Assembly (NCBI GenBank): GCA_050013715.1
Contig: JBEKES010000011.1
Span: 1-29,123 of the forward strand
Direction: 5' to 3'
Origin: Candidatus Micrarchaeaceae archaeon
GTDB lineage: Archaea > Micrarchaeota > Micrarchaeia > Micrarchaeales > Micrarchaeaceae
Length of the DNA stretch: 29,123 bases
The position numbers were made by a program, and so were the translations under genes. Numbering within the stretch: the stretch's first letter is position 1; each line of letters begins with the position of its first letter. The notes below the pieces were generated by a model. That model did not search any database and was not told the origin of the DNA. It saw nothing but the letters and a program-made list of their open reading frames with translations. Positions 1 through 9,007 of this stretch are shown here, in pieces.

Positions 1-763
1 TTGCAATATAAAGTGAGTCAACATAAGGAACATACAGCTGATTATCGGCTGGATTAAATGCTGTTTTAATAAAAGATGAAAAACCTCCAGGAGTTATGTT
101 ATCAATAAATTGATTGTTGCTACCGTTCAAAATTTGTATAGGATTAGATATTGAGTAAATGTATTTATTTTGATTATTATAGAAGAAACCACTACTATAG
201 TTGGCAGTTATTAAAGATAAATTATCCATATTAGATGTCAGATTTGCATTTATGGTTGAAATTGAATAATATTCTATTGTAGTGTTATACGTGCCCCAAT
301 TTTTAGTTACGAATTTAGTATAATCAGTTGGTAGATACACGTAATTGTTTTGAGAATCATATGCTATTTGAGTGCCGCAGGAAGTTCCACACAGGTATAT
401 AATTTTTAATATTGAATTGTTTTTAATTCCGATAAGGTATAGATAGTGAGGTTCACCGTCCATCATCGGAACACCGTAATCCACATAGGCGTATTTGCTG
501 CTGAAGTTCATATAATAGACGTCTCCGTACGGAGAAGTATCGTTTAATTCTACAGTTTGGATCAATTTGCCGTTAGTTCCATTTACAATACTGTAGCCGC
601 CTTCGCCGCCGAAATACATATTGCCTGTTGAAGCTTCATAAAATGCAAATCTAGAGCTTGAAACAATAGTATTTGAGGATTCATAAAGATAAAGCGAAAC
701 TACTGCAAGTATTACAATAATTGCAAGCATTGCAACCAAAAAAAGAATTAAGTTCTTTTTCAT
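1..763 (-). CDS. Membrane-anchored surface protein, YncE/YVTN-like beta-propeller (partial, runs off the window edge)
   Basis: Not in the ORF track. Hand translation from ATG at 763 gives MKKNLILFLVAMLAIIVILAVVSLYLY... and stays open to position 1. It has an N-terminal TM helix, propeller-blade-like motifs (IAYDSQNNYVY, FFYNNQNKYIY, AFNPADNQLYV) and many N-x-S/T sequons. Confidence 0.7.
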   Translation of the reverse strand, partial: MKKNLILFLVAMLAIIVILAVVSLYLYESSNTIVSSSRFAFYEASTGNMYFGGEGGYSIVNGTNGKLIQTVELNDTSPYGDVYYMNFSSKYAYVDYGVPMMDGEPHYLYLIGIKNNSILKIIYLCGTSCGTQIAYDSQNNYVYLPTDYTKFVTKNWGTYNTTIEYYSISTINANLTSNMDNLSLITANYSSGFFYNNQNKYIYSISNPIQILNGSNNQFIDNITPGGFSSFIKTAFNPADNQLYVPYVDSLYIA

Positions 764-798
764 AATTTTACCTTTTGATTAATGCTGTAATATTTTTA

Positions 799-1881
799 TT
801 ATGACGACAAGACAGTTATGTTAATGGCAACTCCTATTTGCTGGTTTGGCCTTTTTGCCAGTGCAAAGTCTCCTGCGGCTATGAAGTTATTGAAGGCACC
901 TGCAACAAGCCTTACTTTCAGATTCTGATTCACGTAGCTTGTCAATGGTATGCTGACATTCGCAAATGTGGAGCTTGCGTTCAGGGATGTTGAACTGTTG
1001 TAAGTATTTATATGTGCTATTGTAACCGGAGTGAGCACAAATTCGCCATCGGAATATGTCTGGCGCAGCAGTTCAACATATAATTGGTTGTCCTGAGGGC
1101 TTATTATCCTGAAATTAAGGAAGGGCGTTCCGGGATTTACCGAAAATGTAGATGATGTCAGATTACCAATTGATACGGATGTTCCGCAATTGTAGGTAGT
1201 TGCAAAGTATGTTCCGTTGTAGTTCTTCCATGGAGTCCCATAATAGCAGCTCACATTGGGATTGTTGGAACGAGTTATGTTGAGAGGAGCATTGCCAAAT
1301 CCGGGATTTGTTTTATTCCAGCCCGTATATTGGCCGTTGCCGAAATTCCCGTTGTATATGTAATTGTAGACATTTTGCGGAGGAGTTGTAGTTGTGTTTA
1401 TAAGGACTTCCGAATTGCCGCAGGAGCCGTTTCCTGGTCCTGTTGTAAATGTAACCGTATAAAGCTGTGCAGGCCCTGTGAAGTTCTGGAAGAATGTTGT
1501 GCAGTTATATGAAGAGGTTTGGTTTACATAGGTCCTTCCATCCGCTCCTATTATCCTTACGCTCTCGCTGCCGCTGTTTCCTGCTGCTACCCATACGCCG
1601 TACGTTCCTCCAGTGGATAGACATTTTGAAATAGTTGATGAATTGAACTTCTGAGATACTATCTGGAAGCTGGAGCATGGCGATTCTGTATTTGATGCGT
1701 TTATGGTAGTGCTTGCTGTCACCGTGCTGTTTCCAGCATTGGAAATCGTTGATGATGAGCCTGTAATTGTCGTCTTAGTAATTCCATGCCCTGGAAGAAG
1801 AAACCTGAATCCTGTGAATAGATAGGTAACAACTACCAATATTATTAGAATTACAATATATGCTATTGCAGCCTTAGCCAA
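799..1881 (-). CDS. Membrane-anchored secreted glycoprotein with Ser/Thr linker and a possible carbohydrate-binding-like C-terminal domain
   Basis: 360-aa ORF. TTG start 6 nt after GGTG, N-terminal TM, S/T-rich linker, paired Cys, NGNFGNGQYTGW motif, many sequons. Confidence 0.65.
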   Translation of the reverse strand: MAKAAIAYIVILIILVVVTYLFTGFRFLLPGHGITKTTITGSSSTISNAGNSTVTASTTINASNTESPCSSFQIVSQKFNSSTISKCLSTGGTYGVWVAAGNSGSESVRIIGADGRTYVNQTSSYNCTTFFQNFTGPAQLYTVTFTTGPGNGSCGNSEVLINTTTTPPQNVYNYIYNGNFGNGQYTGWNKTNPGFGNAPLNITRSNNPNVSCYYGTPWKNYNGTYFATTYNCGTSVSIGNLTSSTFSVNPGTPFLNFRIISPQDNQLYVELLRQTYSDGEFVLTPVTIAHINTYNSSTSLNASSTFANVSIPLTSYVNQNLKVRLVAGAFNNFIAAGDFALAKRPNQQIGVAINITVLSS

Positions 1882-1981
1882 TTAAAGCACCAAGTATCTA
1901 TTTATTAATAGAGGTTAAATATTTATGTGTTCTTAATCTAAATAAACGTTAGGTTAATTTAAATCATAATTAGGTGCTCTA

Positions 1982-2095
1982 ATAGGCAGTATACCGAGAA
2001 AATGGAAGAAAAAAGGCAGAATGCGCTGGAAATGGCTAAAGAAGAGAAGGAAGAGATTGAAGAGAGCACAGAAGCATAGAGTAGGAAAGCTGTAA
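1982..2095 (+). CDS. rpl41e: Ribosomal protein eL41 (L41e/eS32), 37 aa, probable ATA start
   Basis: Translates to (M)[36 protein letters not shown], containing the archaeal eL41 signature [19 protein letters not shown] at 1972-1976, in-frame TAA at 1967-1969, T-rich tract downstream. Confidence 0.9.
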   Translation: MGSIPRKWKKKGRMRWKWLKKRRKRLKRAQKHRVGKL

Positions 2096-2134
2096 TTTTA
2101 TCTTCTTATTTGTTCGATTGCATTTTTAGTTACA

Positions 2135-2785
2135 TTAGCGTAGCGGCTGCGCGAACGAATCTCTTGAGAAATGCTGCATTACCGCCAATGCCTTCATTAT
2201 TGCCTCGTCTCCATCAAAGCGCTCCATGGGTGTTTGGTTGTATTCGTCTCTATATATCATTGACGCACGCTTGTTTGTGTATAATCCGTTATAGACCTCA
2301 GCCAGCAATGCAAATGAGCGCTCAGGGCGTAATTCCATTATAGAATCCAGTACCTTTTCGATTAATTTGTCCTTTTGCATTGGAAGGGCGTTTTCGTTTG
2401 AATAATCGGATATCAGAAACTGGCAGCGCTTCCTTGATATGAAATCATCAAATGCATCCTCTCCATCAAAGCACCTGCGATGGAGTTTATCGGAAAGTAC
2501 CCCTGTTTCTGCATATATTTCAATATAGCGCCCTCCCCTTGACGTTATTCCTTCACGGGGCGGCTGTATGAATTTTACGCCGAGCATTACAACATTATCT
2601 TCATGCCCAAAAATATTGCGCCCTTCCATTGAGACGCTTATAATGAAGCTTAGTCCCCTTGTGGTGAATTTCTTCCCTGCTATGCTGGGCTGGTCCAGTT
2701 TTTCGTATTTGGTCAATTCAATTAATTCGTTTCCGTAAGCAAAACTAGATATTCTAGGTTTTAGCGCAACATTCCTATTGGTCAT
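2135..2785 (-). CDS. Hypothetical protein
   Basis: 216-aa ORF with ATG preceded by GTGA. No recognised motif. Confidence 0.55.
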   Translation of the reverse strand: MTNRNVALKPRISSFAYGNELIELTKYEKLDQPSIAGKKFTTRGLSFIISVSMEGRNIFGHEDNVVMLGVKFIQPPREGITSRGGRYIEIYAETGVLSDKLHRRCFDGEDAFDDFISRKRCQFLISDYSNENALPMQKDKLIEKVLDSIMELRPERSFALLAEVYNGLYTNKRASMIYRDEYNQTPMERFDGDEAIMKALAVMQHFSRDSFAQPLR

Positions 2786-2932
2786 ATTATCACGACATCA
2801 GAATTATTGCGAGCAGGTATTTATAGATTTAGGATTTTTTAGGCCTTGCTGATTAATTTTTACTTTACCAATATTTTTATTACTTTGTCAACAAATAGGA
2901 TATAGACCAGAACGTCCGGTTCAGTTGATAGT

Positions 2933-3220
2933 TTGACCCTTAGAAGTTGGTGGCAAAAGCAGGTAGTAGAATATAGGGAAAATAGTAAGAGACTATTAGA
3001 AACACAGATAAAGATCCGTAGGATTGAATTGTCCGAAGTTAATGATTTTGGTGTGCCCAGTTATGCCAGATTTACATCTGAAGATGATTTTATAAAATAC
3101 CTCAGAAACGATTTAGCTAAAGACATAAAGGCACTCAGAAAATTAAAAAGAAAGGAGACACAGATATATGCAAGTCCTATGCAGAGTAGCTTTGCACTTT
3201 TATTCATAAAATCTGACTGA
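2933..3220 (+). CDS. Hypothetical basic helical protein
   Basis: 95-aa ORF, TTG start, K/R/E-rich helical composition. Confidence 0.5.
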   Translation: MTLRSWWQKQVVEYRENSKRLLETQIKIRRIELSEVNDFGVPSYARFTSEDDFIKYLRNDLAKDIKALRKLKRKETQIYASPMQSSFALLFIKSD

Positions 3221-3338
3221 TTTAGGTGCAACCTATTCAATCAGGATCACTGAATAAATTCCACTAAATCCAAATTCATAATACTTTTCCCACAAAATAA
3301 TAATTATCACGAACTAACGCAATAATAGAGATGATATT

Positions 3339-3545
3339 ATGACAGAGAAAAAGTTATTTGCAAGAGTAAAAGAGTATATACAAAAAAGAAAAACTGAGGA
3401 ACTCAAAAAATTATTGAGGCAAGAACAGGTATTAGAACGTTATGAAAGGATTTTAAGAAAGAAAAAGGATTATTTAACAGGGCCAGTCATAGCATATAAA
3501 TTAGAAGATACAAAACAAAGGATAAAAGAATTGGCAGGCGTATAA
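3339..3545 (+). CDS. Hypothetical small coiled-coil protein
   Basis: 68-aa K/E/R-rich ORF with ATG start. Confidence 0.55.
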   Translation: MTEKKLFARVKEYIQKRKTEELKKLLRQEQVLERYERILRKKKDYLTGPVIAYKLEDTKQRIKELAGV

Positions 3546-3563
3546 ATAAAACGGTAATATTAT

Positions 3564-3839
3564 ATGCCTAAACCAAATAGACATCTTTATAAGATAGGGA
3601 GACTCAAAAAGACTCTTGAAAGAACAGCCTTTGCTTCCTTAATTGCAGATATATGTATAACTGCAATTACTCTGATTTCGCTAAAGGTGGGTAAATCCTA
3701 TACGATAGGAATACTTTTCATATTCAATTACATACTTACTATAATCGTTGCCGTGTCTCTTATACTTATGGCGTATATCGCCATACTTTCACATAGTCAT
3801 AAGGTATCAAAGATTACCAGCTTGTTTAGATTCAGGTAA
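3564..3839 (+). CDS. Small membrane protein (2 TM)
   Basis: 91-aa ORF with two hydrophobic stretches and basic termini. Confidence 0.6.
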   Translation: MPKPNRHLYKIGRLKKTLERTAFASLIADICITAITLISLKVGKSYTIGILFIFNYILTIIVAVSLILMAYIAILSHSHKVSKITSLFRFR

Positions 3840-3916
3840 AGTTCACTTGTATTCCTAATTCAAATTTCTCTTGAATTGCACAGCAAAGATTAGGACATAT
3901 CAATTTGGGATAAATC

Positions 3917-4489
3917 TCATTTGAACTTAAGAACTGCACAATCACCAAGCAAAGGATAATGCCTCTTGCCAACGACTTCTGCTTTTAGTCGCTTTATATC
4001 ATCATTGACATTATTCCAATAGCTTTCTGTCATAAGTATTATGTGGTCTTTCAAAATATGCTTCTTGTAGTTTTTCAGAAATCCATCTATTATCTCTCTG
4101 CCGTTTACTCCACCATCAAACGAATAATTCCTTTTGGGATTTTCATCAAGTGGTTTTGATACAAGATATGGAGGATCTATAGCAATTACGTTGAATTTCC
4201 CTTTTATGTTCGAAAAAAGATCAGATACAATGAACTTTCCTTTTACACTGTTTGCCTTTGCATTGAGCTTTGCACATTCAATTGATTCTGGATTAATGTC
4301 CGCAAATGTCACATCGCATTTTTTCTTTGCCGCAACTATTCCTTGAATGCCAGTTCCAGTTCCTAAGTCAAGGAACTTTCCGAATGCATATTTTTCAACA
4401 GCATTGGCAAGCATTCTTGAATCCTCTAATGGTTTATAGACGCTTTTGTGAGTTATCTTTAGTGTTGACCGTACTTCATCGTATAACAT
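3917..4489 (-). CDS. HemK2/MTQ2-family SAM-dependent protein methyltransferase
   Basis: VYKPLEDS N-terminal motif, LDLGTGTG SAM-binding motif, DPPY (NPPY-type) motif, FDGG..GR. Confidence 0.85.
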   Translation of the reverse strand: MLYDEVRSTLKITHKSVYKPLEDSRMLANAVEKYAFGKFLDLGTGTGIQGIVAAKKKCDVTFADINPESIECAKLNAKANSVKGKFIVSDLFSNIKGKFNVIAIDPPYLVSKPLDENPKRNYSFDGGVNGREIIDGFLKNYKKHILKDHIILMTESYWNNVNDDIKRLKAEVVGKRHYPLLGDCAVLKFK

Positions 4490-4498
4490 TATATCAAC

Positions 4499-4837
4499 TT
4501 AGAAAACCTCTACACCCAAAGGAACTTCAGATTCCGGCATTAGATAAATAGTCTCGTGTTTCTCGTTTGGTACACCCATTAATAAAAATTGCGATATTTC
4601 CTCGCCCATTTTCTTCTCGCCAACATTTACAAGACCAACCACTAACTTGCCAATTAATTCCTCTTTCTGATAATTTTTAAAGGCACCTATTGTGGTTTTG
4701 ATACCAGTTTCACTACCGAAATCTACTGTAATCTTGTATGTGGGTTTTTTAGCTTTAGAATCATCTACTGAAATGATTTTTCCTACACGCATATCTAAAA
4801 CTGAAAAATGTACAAAATCTGTTTGTGGTTTATTCGT
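4499..4837 (-). CDS. csaA: CsaA / Trbp111-type OB-fold tRNA-binding protein and export chaperone
   Basis: LDMRVGKII, YKITVDFG, ELIGKLVVGLVN, SQFLLMG, PLGVEVF are typical of CsaA. Start is either GTG at 4846 (which lies inside the SD AGGTGA) or ACG at 4837. Confidence 0.8.
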   Translation of the reverse strand, partial: TNKPQTDFVHFSVLDMRVGKIISVDDSKAKKPTYKITVDFGSETGIKTTIGAFKNYQKEELIGKLVVGLVNVGEKKMGEEISQFLLMGVPNEKHETIYLMPESEVPLGVEVF

Positions 4838-4867
4838 ATGAATCACCTACTGTAGATCAATTGCAGA

Positions 4868-6340
4868 CTATTTTGCAATCTTCTCTAAGAATGGATACGT
4901 TTGGTATAAGCCTTCACGTTCCAGTTGCTGGTAGAGCATGTAGATTATTCCTACAGTAAGCAATATGCCCATTCCAGAGCCTATCGCACCGGTCAGCGTA
5001 GCCATAGCGGCGAGGAATCCTACGAATATGCTGCCAAGCGTGGTAAGCGTGGGTATGTATTTGTTGAGGACATTCTCAACTATTCTTGGATCTCTCCTGA
5101 ATCCTGGAATTTGCCAACCTTCTGTGCCCAATTGCTCTGCAAGGTTCTTCGGGTTTTGCCCTGTAAGCTCTATCCAGAACTTTCCGAATATTATGCATAG
5201 GATTATCAGAACAACAGTGTAGATTATCACATGAATCCATTCAGGCACTTGGAGAACTCCTCCCCAGGGCAGGAACAATGAAGTTGTATGGGATATAAGA
5301 TAAGTGAAATAAGGTCCGTATCCACCTATTCCTCCATAATTTGCTGAATAAGGCAACGGGAAGCTTGGCGAAATTAGATAGGTAACTCCTCCTGTCAATT
5401 GCAGCGAAGTAGATGATCCTGCTCCTGATGCGACAGGCTGATAATAGGCAATGAACTTTGCAATATTAGCAAAACTCCCTTTTACGTTTGCTATGAATCT
5501 AAACCAGACAGTTAAACTTAATTCAAGCGAAGATGCAAGTATAACAGGAAGTACGCTCACGTAAAGGAAGGGAATGGGCAGCCTACCGCCTATGCCCCTG
5601 AACTGCTCAAATGCCAATGGTATTTCCACTTTCATTTCATAGGCATAAATGCTTGCAAGGAACACAACAATGGCAAATAGCAGCGGACCAAATGCTATGA
5701 GCGCATTGGATATCGCTGCTGCACCTCCAGCTTGAAGTGCAGTAATCGCTTCGGGAAGCAATATGCTTACAGTACCAGCTACTATTGCATAGGAAACTCC
5801 AGCAGCTATGAACATGTTTATTCCGGATGTGATGCCCCACTTGGTCATTATTTCGTCCAAGTATATTATTACCAGAGCACCTATGGCCAACTGCGCCACT
5901 ACGATTCCTATAAGCGAAGGGCTTGATATCGGCACATAGCCAGTATACACGAATATGAACGATTCCACTAACGCTATTCCTATGGCAGCTAATTTTTGAA
6001 GCGTTTGGAACCTTCCCTTTGTAACAGGATCATTCATGTCAATGTTCAATAATCCTGAACCTGAAACCAATTGCAGTATTATGCTGGACAATACGATAGG
6101 CCCTATTCCTACAGTTATAAGGCTTCCTATCTTTGCCGCGAAGATTATACTAACCAATTGAAGCAAAGGCTGGTTTACAGCCTGAGGATTAACTCCTATT
6201 GCATAAGTATTATATAACAAGAAATATACTCCTAGTATCGCTGCTGTCCAGTATATCTTCTCCCTTAGCGACAAAGGCTTGTCAGGATTCTTTATCGTAG
6301 GTATGAAGCTCGATACAGTGTCTAAAAATTCAAGTCCCAG
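4868..6340 (-). CDS. secY: Preprotein translocase subunit SecY (archaeal type), probable CTG start
   Basis: GIGPIV..SIILQL, DEIMTKWGITSGINMFIAAG, IPFLYVSVLPVIL, QIPGFRRDPR, GMGILLTVGI. The frame extends 22 codons upstream of the tracked start (LGLEFLDTVSSFIPTIKNPDKP), to a CTG preceded by GGTGCTTAA. Confidence 0.95.
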   Translation of the reverse strand: MGLEFLDTVSSFIPTIKNPDKPLSLREKIYWTAAILGVYFLLYNTYAIGVNPQAVNQPLLQLVSIIFAAKIGSLITVGIGPIVLSSIILQLVSGSGLLNIDMNDPVTKGRFQTLQKLAAIGIALVESFIFVYTGYVPISSPSLIGIVVAQLAIGALVIIYLDEIMTKWGITSGINMFIAAGVSYAIVAGTVSILLPEAITALQAGGAAAISNALIAFGPLLFAIVVFLASIYAYEMKVEIPLAFEQFRGIGGRLPIPFLYVSVLPVILASSLELSLTVWFRFIANVKGSFANIAKFIAYYQPVASGAGSSTSLQLTGGVTYLISPSFPLPYSANYGGIGGYGPYFTYLISHTTSLFLPWGGVLQVPEWIHVIIYTVVLIILCIIFGKFWIELTGQNPKNLAEQLGTEGWQIPGFRRDPRIVENVLNKYIPTLTTLGSIFVGFLAAMATLTGAIGSGMGILLTVGIIYMLYQQLEREGLYQTYPFLEKIAK

Positions 6341-6351
6341 TTAAGCACCAA

Positions 6352-7446
6352 TTATTTGATTGATTTCTCGTTGATTTTAGCTATATATGAATTGTTCTTT
6401 TTAGTTGTTTGTTTAAGTTCCAGTATGGATTTCTGCTTTATTCTATTTGCAACTAAACCGCTCAGGAATGTTATAGACATTTCAACAAAGCTCTTTTTAG
6501 CATTTAGCCTTTCGAACTGAATTACTGCGCTGATGGGTTTTACCTTCTTGATGCTTAGTTTCCCAAGATTCAATATGTCGAATAATTGCTCATAGGTCTG
6601 GATTTCGCTTGTCTTCCTGTCCTTCGCATTTAATTTCATAGCTATTTGGCTACCCATGTAATATATAATCTTCTTTATGTGGTCATGATATTCAGGGTCA
6701 AGGAAAACTGATGATGACAATGCATAATATTCCTCTGAAAATGATTTTTTGACATCTCTGTTGTATTGGACTGAATTTCTTGTATTGAGTATGAAGTTTC
6801 CCAGAACCTCGCTGCCATTGATTTCAAGATACAATGGAAGCGATTCCGTAGTTACAAAATGGCAGTAGTCAGCGCCGTTGCAGCTGCATTCCACTTCCTC
6901 TACCCTTACATGCTGCTGCTTGCCTGCAGTTAGGAATCCGCAGATTATCCCAGCTTCGAATGTGTGCATGTTGGTGCCAAGATAATCCTTGTTCCTGTTG
7001 TGGAACTTAAGATCTATCATGTCTGGGAATACATTGTAGGAGATTCTGCTGAATCCCACATCTTCAAAGAACGCAACAAGATCCGCTACGCTTTCCTCAT
7101 ACCACATGTACCTTCTTTTTGAATGATAAATTTTATAGAGTGCCCTTCCTATCGAAACGCCAGACCTATAGTAAAGATTGCGCATTCCTGGAGTAAGAGT
7201 AGATAATACTGAATTGAATAGCAGTGAAGTCTCAGTTGTTTTTGCGCTTTTCTTGTTTGCTAAAATGCTTCTTAGAAGCAGCTCCGAATCGCTTGATATT
7301 ATGGGATCATACATTAGAACATTTGTTTGGGACGGAGACTGCGCAAGCGACTTTCTGGTTATGCCTATTTTCGGCTTTGATTTTGCATTGGCGCGCTTGC
7401 TTTTTCTGCGCGCAATTTTCTTACTCTTTGATATTTTTTTTGCCAT
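6352..7446 (-). CDS. V4R (4-vinyl reductase-like) domain protein with Lys/Arg-rich N-terminal tail
   Basis: HTFEAGIICGFL...VEEVECSCNGADYCHF V4R signature. The C-terminal half looks like a degenerate second copy (YYMGSQIA..., FLSGLV). Confidence 0.75.
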   Translation of the reverse strand: MAKKISKSKKIARRKSKRANAKSKPKIGITRKSLAQSPSQTNVLMYDPIISSDSELLLRSILANKKSAKTTETSLLFNSVLSTLTPGMRNLYYRSGVSIGRALYKIYHSKRRYMWYEESVADLVAFFEDVGFSRISYNVFPDMIDLKFHNRNKDYLGTNMHTFEAGIICGFLTAGKQQHVRVEEVECSCNGADYCHFVTTESLPLYLEINGSEVLGNFILNTRNSVQYNRDVKKSFSEEYYALSSSVFLDPEYHDHIKKIIYYMGSQIAMKLNAKDRKTSEIQTYEQLFDILNLGKLSIKKVKPISAVIQFERLNAKKSFVEMSITFLSGLVANRIKQKSILELKQTTKKNNSYIAKINEKSIK

Positions 7447-7452
7447 ATTAGA

Positions 7453-7932
7453 TCAACGTACCCTGCACATGGGTTTTGAGAGCTTTTCAAGGTAATAAAT
7501 TATAACAAAAAGGTTTAATATAATCATTGCTACGAAAATCAATGGGGCGTTTTCCGCTGCAACCGTATTTATCAGCGTTGCTTCACCTGTTCCAATGGAA
7601 ATCGCAAGCACATTGAACAGTATCGCTGCCTGGCAGCCGCATCCCGAGAGAATTCCTCCAGCAACTGCAGTTACTGCACTTACAGATGTTGCGGAGAATT
7701 TTGCGCTGTTATGTGTTGTATTTGTTATGGAATATATTGCAATGGTAAACGCGATTGAAGAAACCAATGAAAGCAAATAAATAAGATAAACAGGAACTGA
7801 GGTCACTAATATTCCCTGTTGCTGTATTGAAAGAAGATAATGTATTACGAAATAGTATGCAATTGCAATCACTCCATTCAATAATAAGTATTGAAGAGAA
7901 TATATTTCCCTGAATGATTTCAATAGGTTCAT
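7453..7932 (-). CDS. Membrane protein (about 4 TM) with GCGC motif
   Basis: Hydrophobic ORF. Likely start is ATG at 7932, overlapping the upstream TGA (ATGA coupling). Contains SGCGCQ. Confidence 0.7.
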   Translation of the reverse strand: MNLLKSFREIYSLQYLLLNGVIAIAYYFVIHYLLSIQQQGILVTSVPVYLIYLLSLVSSIAFTIAIYSITNTTHNSAKFSATSVSAVTAVAGGILSGCGCQAAILFNVLAISIGTGEATLINTVAAENAPLIFVAMIILNLFVIIYYLEKLSKPMCRVR

Positions 7933-8930
7933 GCAGTACTCAGCTCTTTTTCCATTGCCTTTATAGCCGGCAAGGAGCAAATCGGAGCAGTATTGTTTAT
8001 CGAGGGGCATACCTGCGCGATGTAGACATCTGCTGCTGCATATTCCTCCAGAGCAAAAGTGTCGTTAAGGCTTTGCAATTGATTGAATATCTGGGCATGG
8101 CTCATGTAGGATATTGGCGGATAATTAGTCACCTGCGATGCTGGATTGGATGAATTTGTCAGTACAACTGCATCTGCTCCCCTGTTCAGGTAAGTGCCCC
8201 ACAGAGTGAATGGAGTGCCCTGGAAGGCATTGGACTTGTTCATGTAATTCATTGCCTTCACATAGCTGCTGTTCGTGGCATTTGCAGCAAAATACTGTAT
8301 TGGATATTGCGATGCAGGGAACTGGAATCCAGCAGTTATTGGAGATTCGTACTCAGCACTGAAGAAGTTTATGTAATTGCTTTTGTAGCTGTTACCGAAT
8401 TTTACACCTTTTGCAGTATAATTGTTAATATTCCAGTATAATGTAGGAACATCACCATCGCCAAGGGAGCTGTATCCAGTATAGAGAGTATTGAATGTTC
8501 CGAACCTTGACAATGCCAGTGCCATGGCCCACCGGTTTTCTCCGCAATACACGCAGGAGATTGCACCTATGTATATAACGCTGGGCTTTCCGTTTACTAT
8601 TAATGCATTGTAGCTTAACGGTTCTGCAAACGACACTTCAAACAAAGAGCCAGCATAGGTATGGTTGCTGTAGCTAACATTAGGAATTGAAAGGTTAAGG
8701 AGCTTTTCCCCAGCCATCTCGAAATAATTATTCGATGCATTGTTTATTGTTGAAAGCTGACTTGGGGTTAGAGGTGTGTCTATTCCAGTGAGCCTTTGTC
8801 CTACAGTTACAGGTTTGAATGAAACTAGAAAGGAAGGCAGAAGCAGGTATATTATAATTACGATGAGCGCCATTGCAAGAACTGCAACGCTTATCTCAAG
8901 CCTCATTAGCCTAGTTTCCACTTTGCTCAT
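7929..8930 (-). CDS. DUF929-family membrane-anchored thioredoxin-like protein
   Basis: N-terminal TM, GKPSVIYIGAISCVYCGENRWAMALALSRFG (CxxC), DVPTL, and GTPF (cis-Pro-like), matching my recollection of the DUF929 consensus. Confidence 0.8.
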   Translation of the reverse strand: MSKVETRLMRLEISVAVLAMALIVIIIYLLLPSFLVSFKPVTVGQRLTGIDTPLTPSQLSTINNASNNYFEMAGEKLLNLSIPNVSYSNHTYAGSLFEVSFAEPLSYNALIVNGKPSVIYIGAISCVYCGENRWAMALALSRFGTFNTLYTGYSSLGDGDVPTLYWNINNYTAKGVKFGNSYKSNYINFFSAEYESPITAGFQFPASQYPIQYFAANATNSSYVKAMNYMNKSNAFQGTPFTLWGTYLNRGADAVVLTNSSNPASQVTNYPPISYMSHAQIFNQLQSLNDTFALEEYAAADVYIAQVCPSINNTAPICSLPAIKAMEKELSTA

Positions 8931-9007
8931 TATAATTACCAGATAATTACATTATATATTAGAATCGCTCTATTTAATATTTTGCGTAATATTACTATAT
9001 TGGTTCT

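Noticed and set aside
2002..2079. ATG-started 25-aa [28 protein letters not shown]
   Set aside because: It is an alternative frame overlapping the clearly recognisable eL41 and has no SD at the proper spacing.
2905..2922. Weak inverted repeat GACCAGA..TCCGGTT upstream of the 2933 ORF
   Set aside because: It is imperfect and short, and not distinguishable from chance.
7933..8010. N-terminal extension MPLDKQYCSDLL... of the GCGC membrane protein
   Set aside because: It overlaps the DUF929 C-terminus; the ATGA-coupled ATG at 7932 is more plausible.
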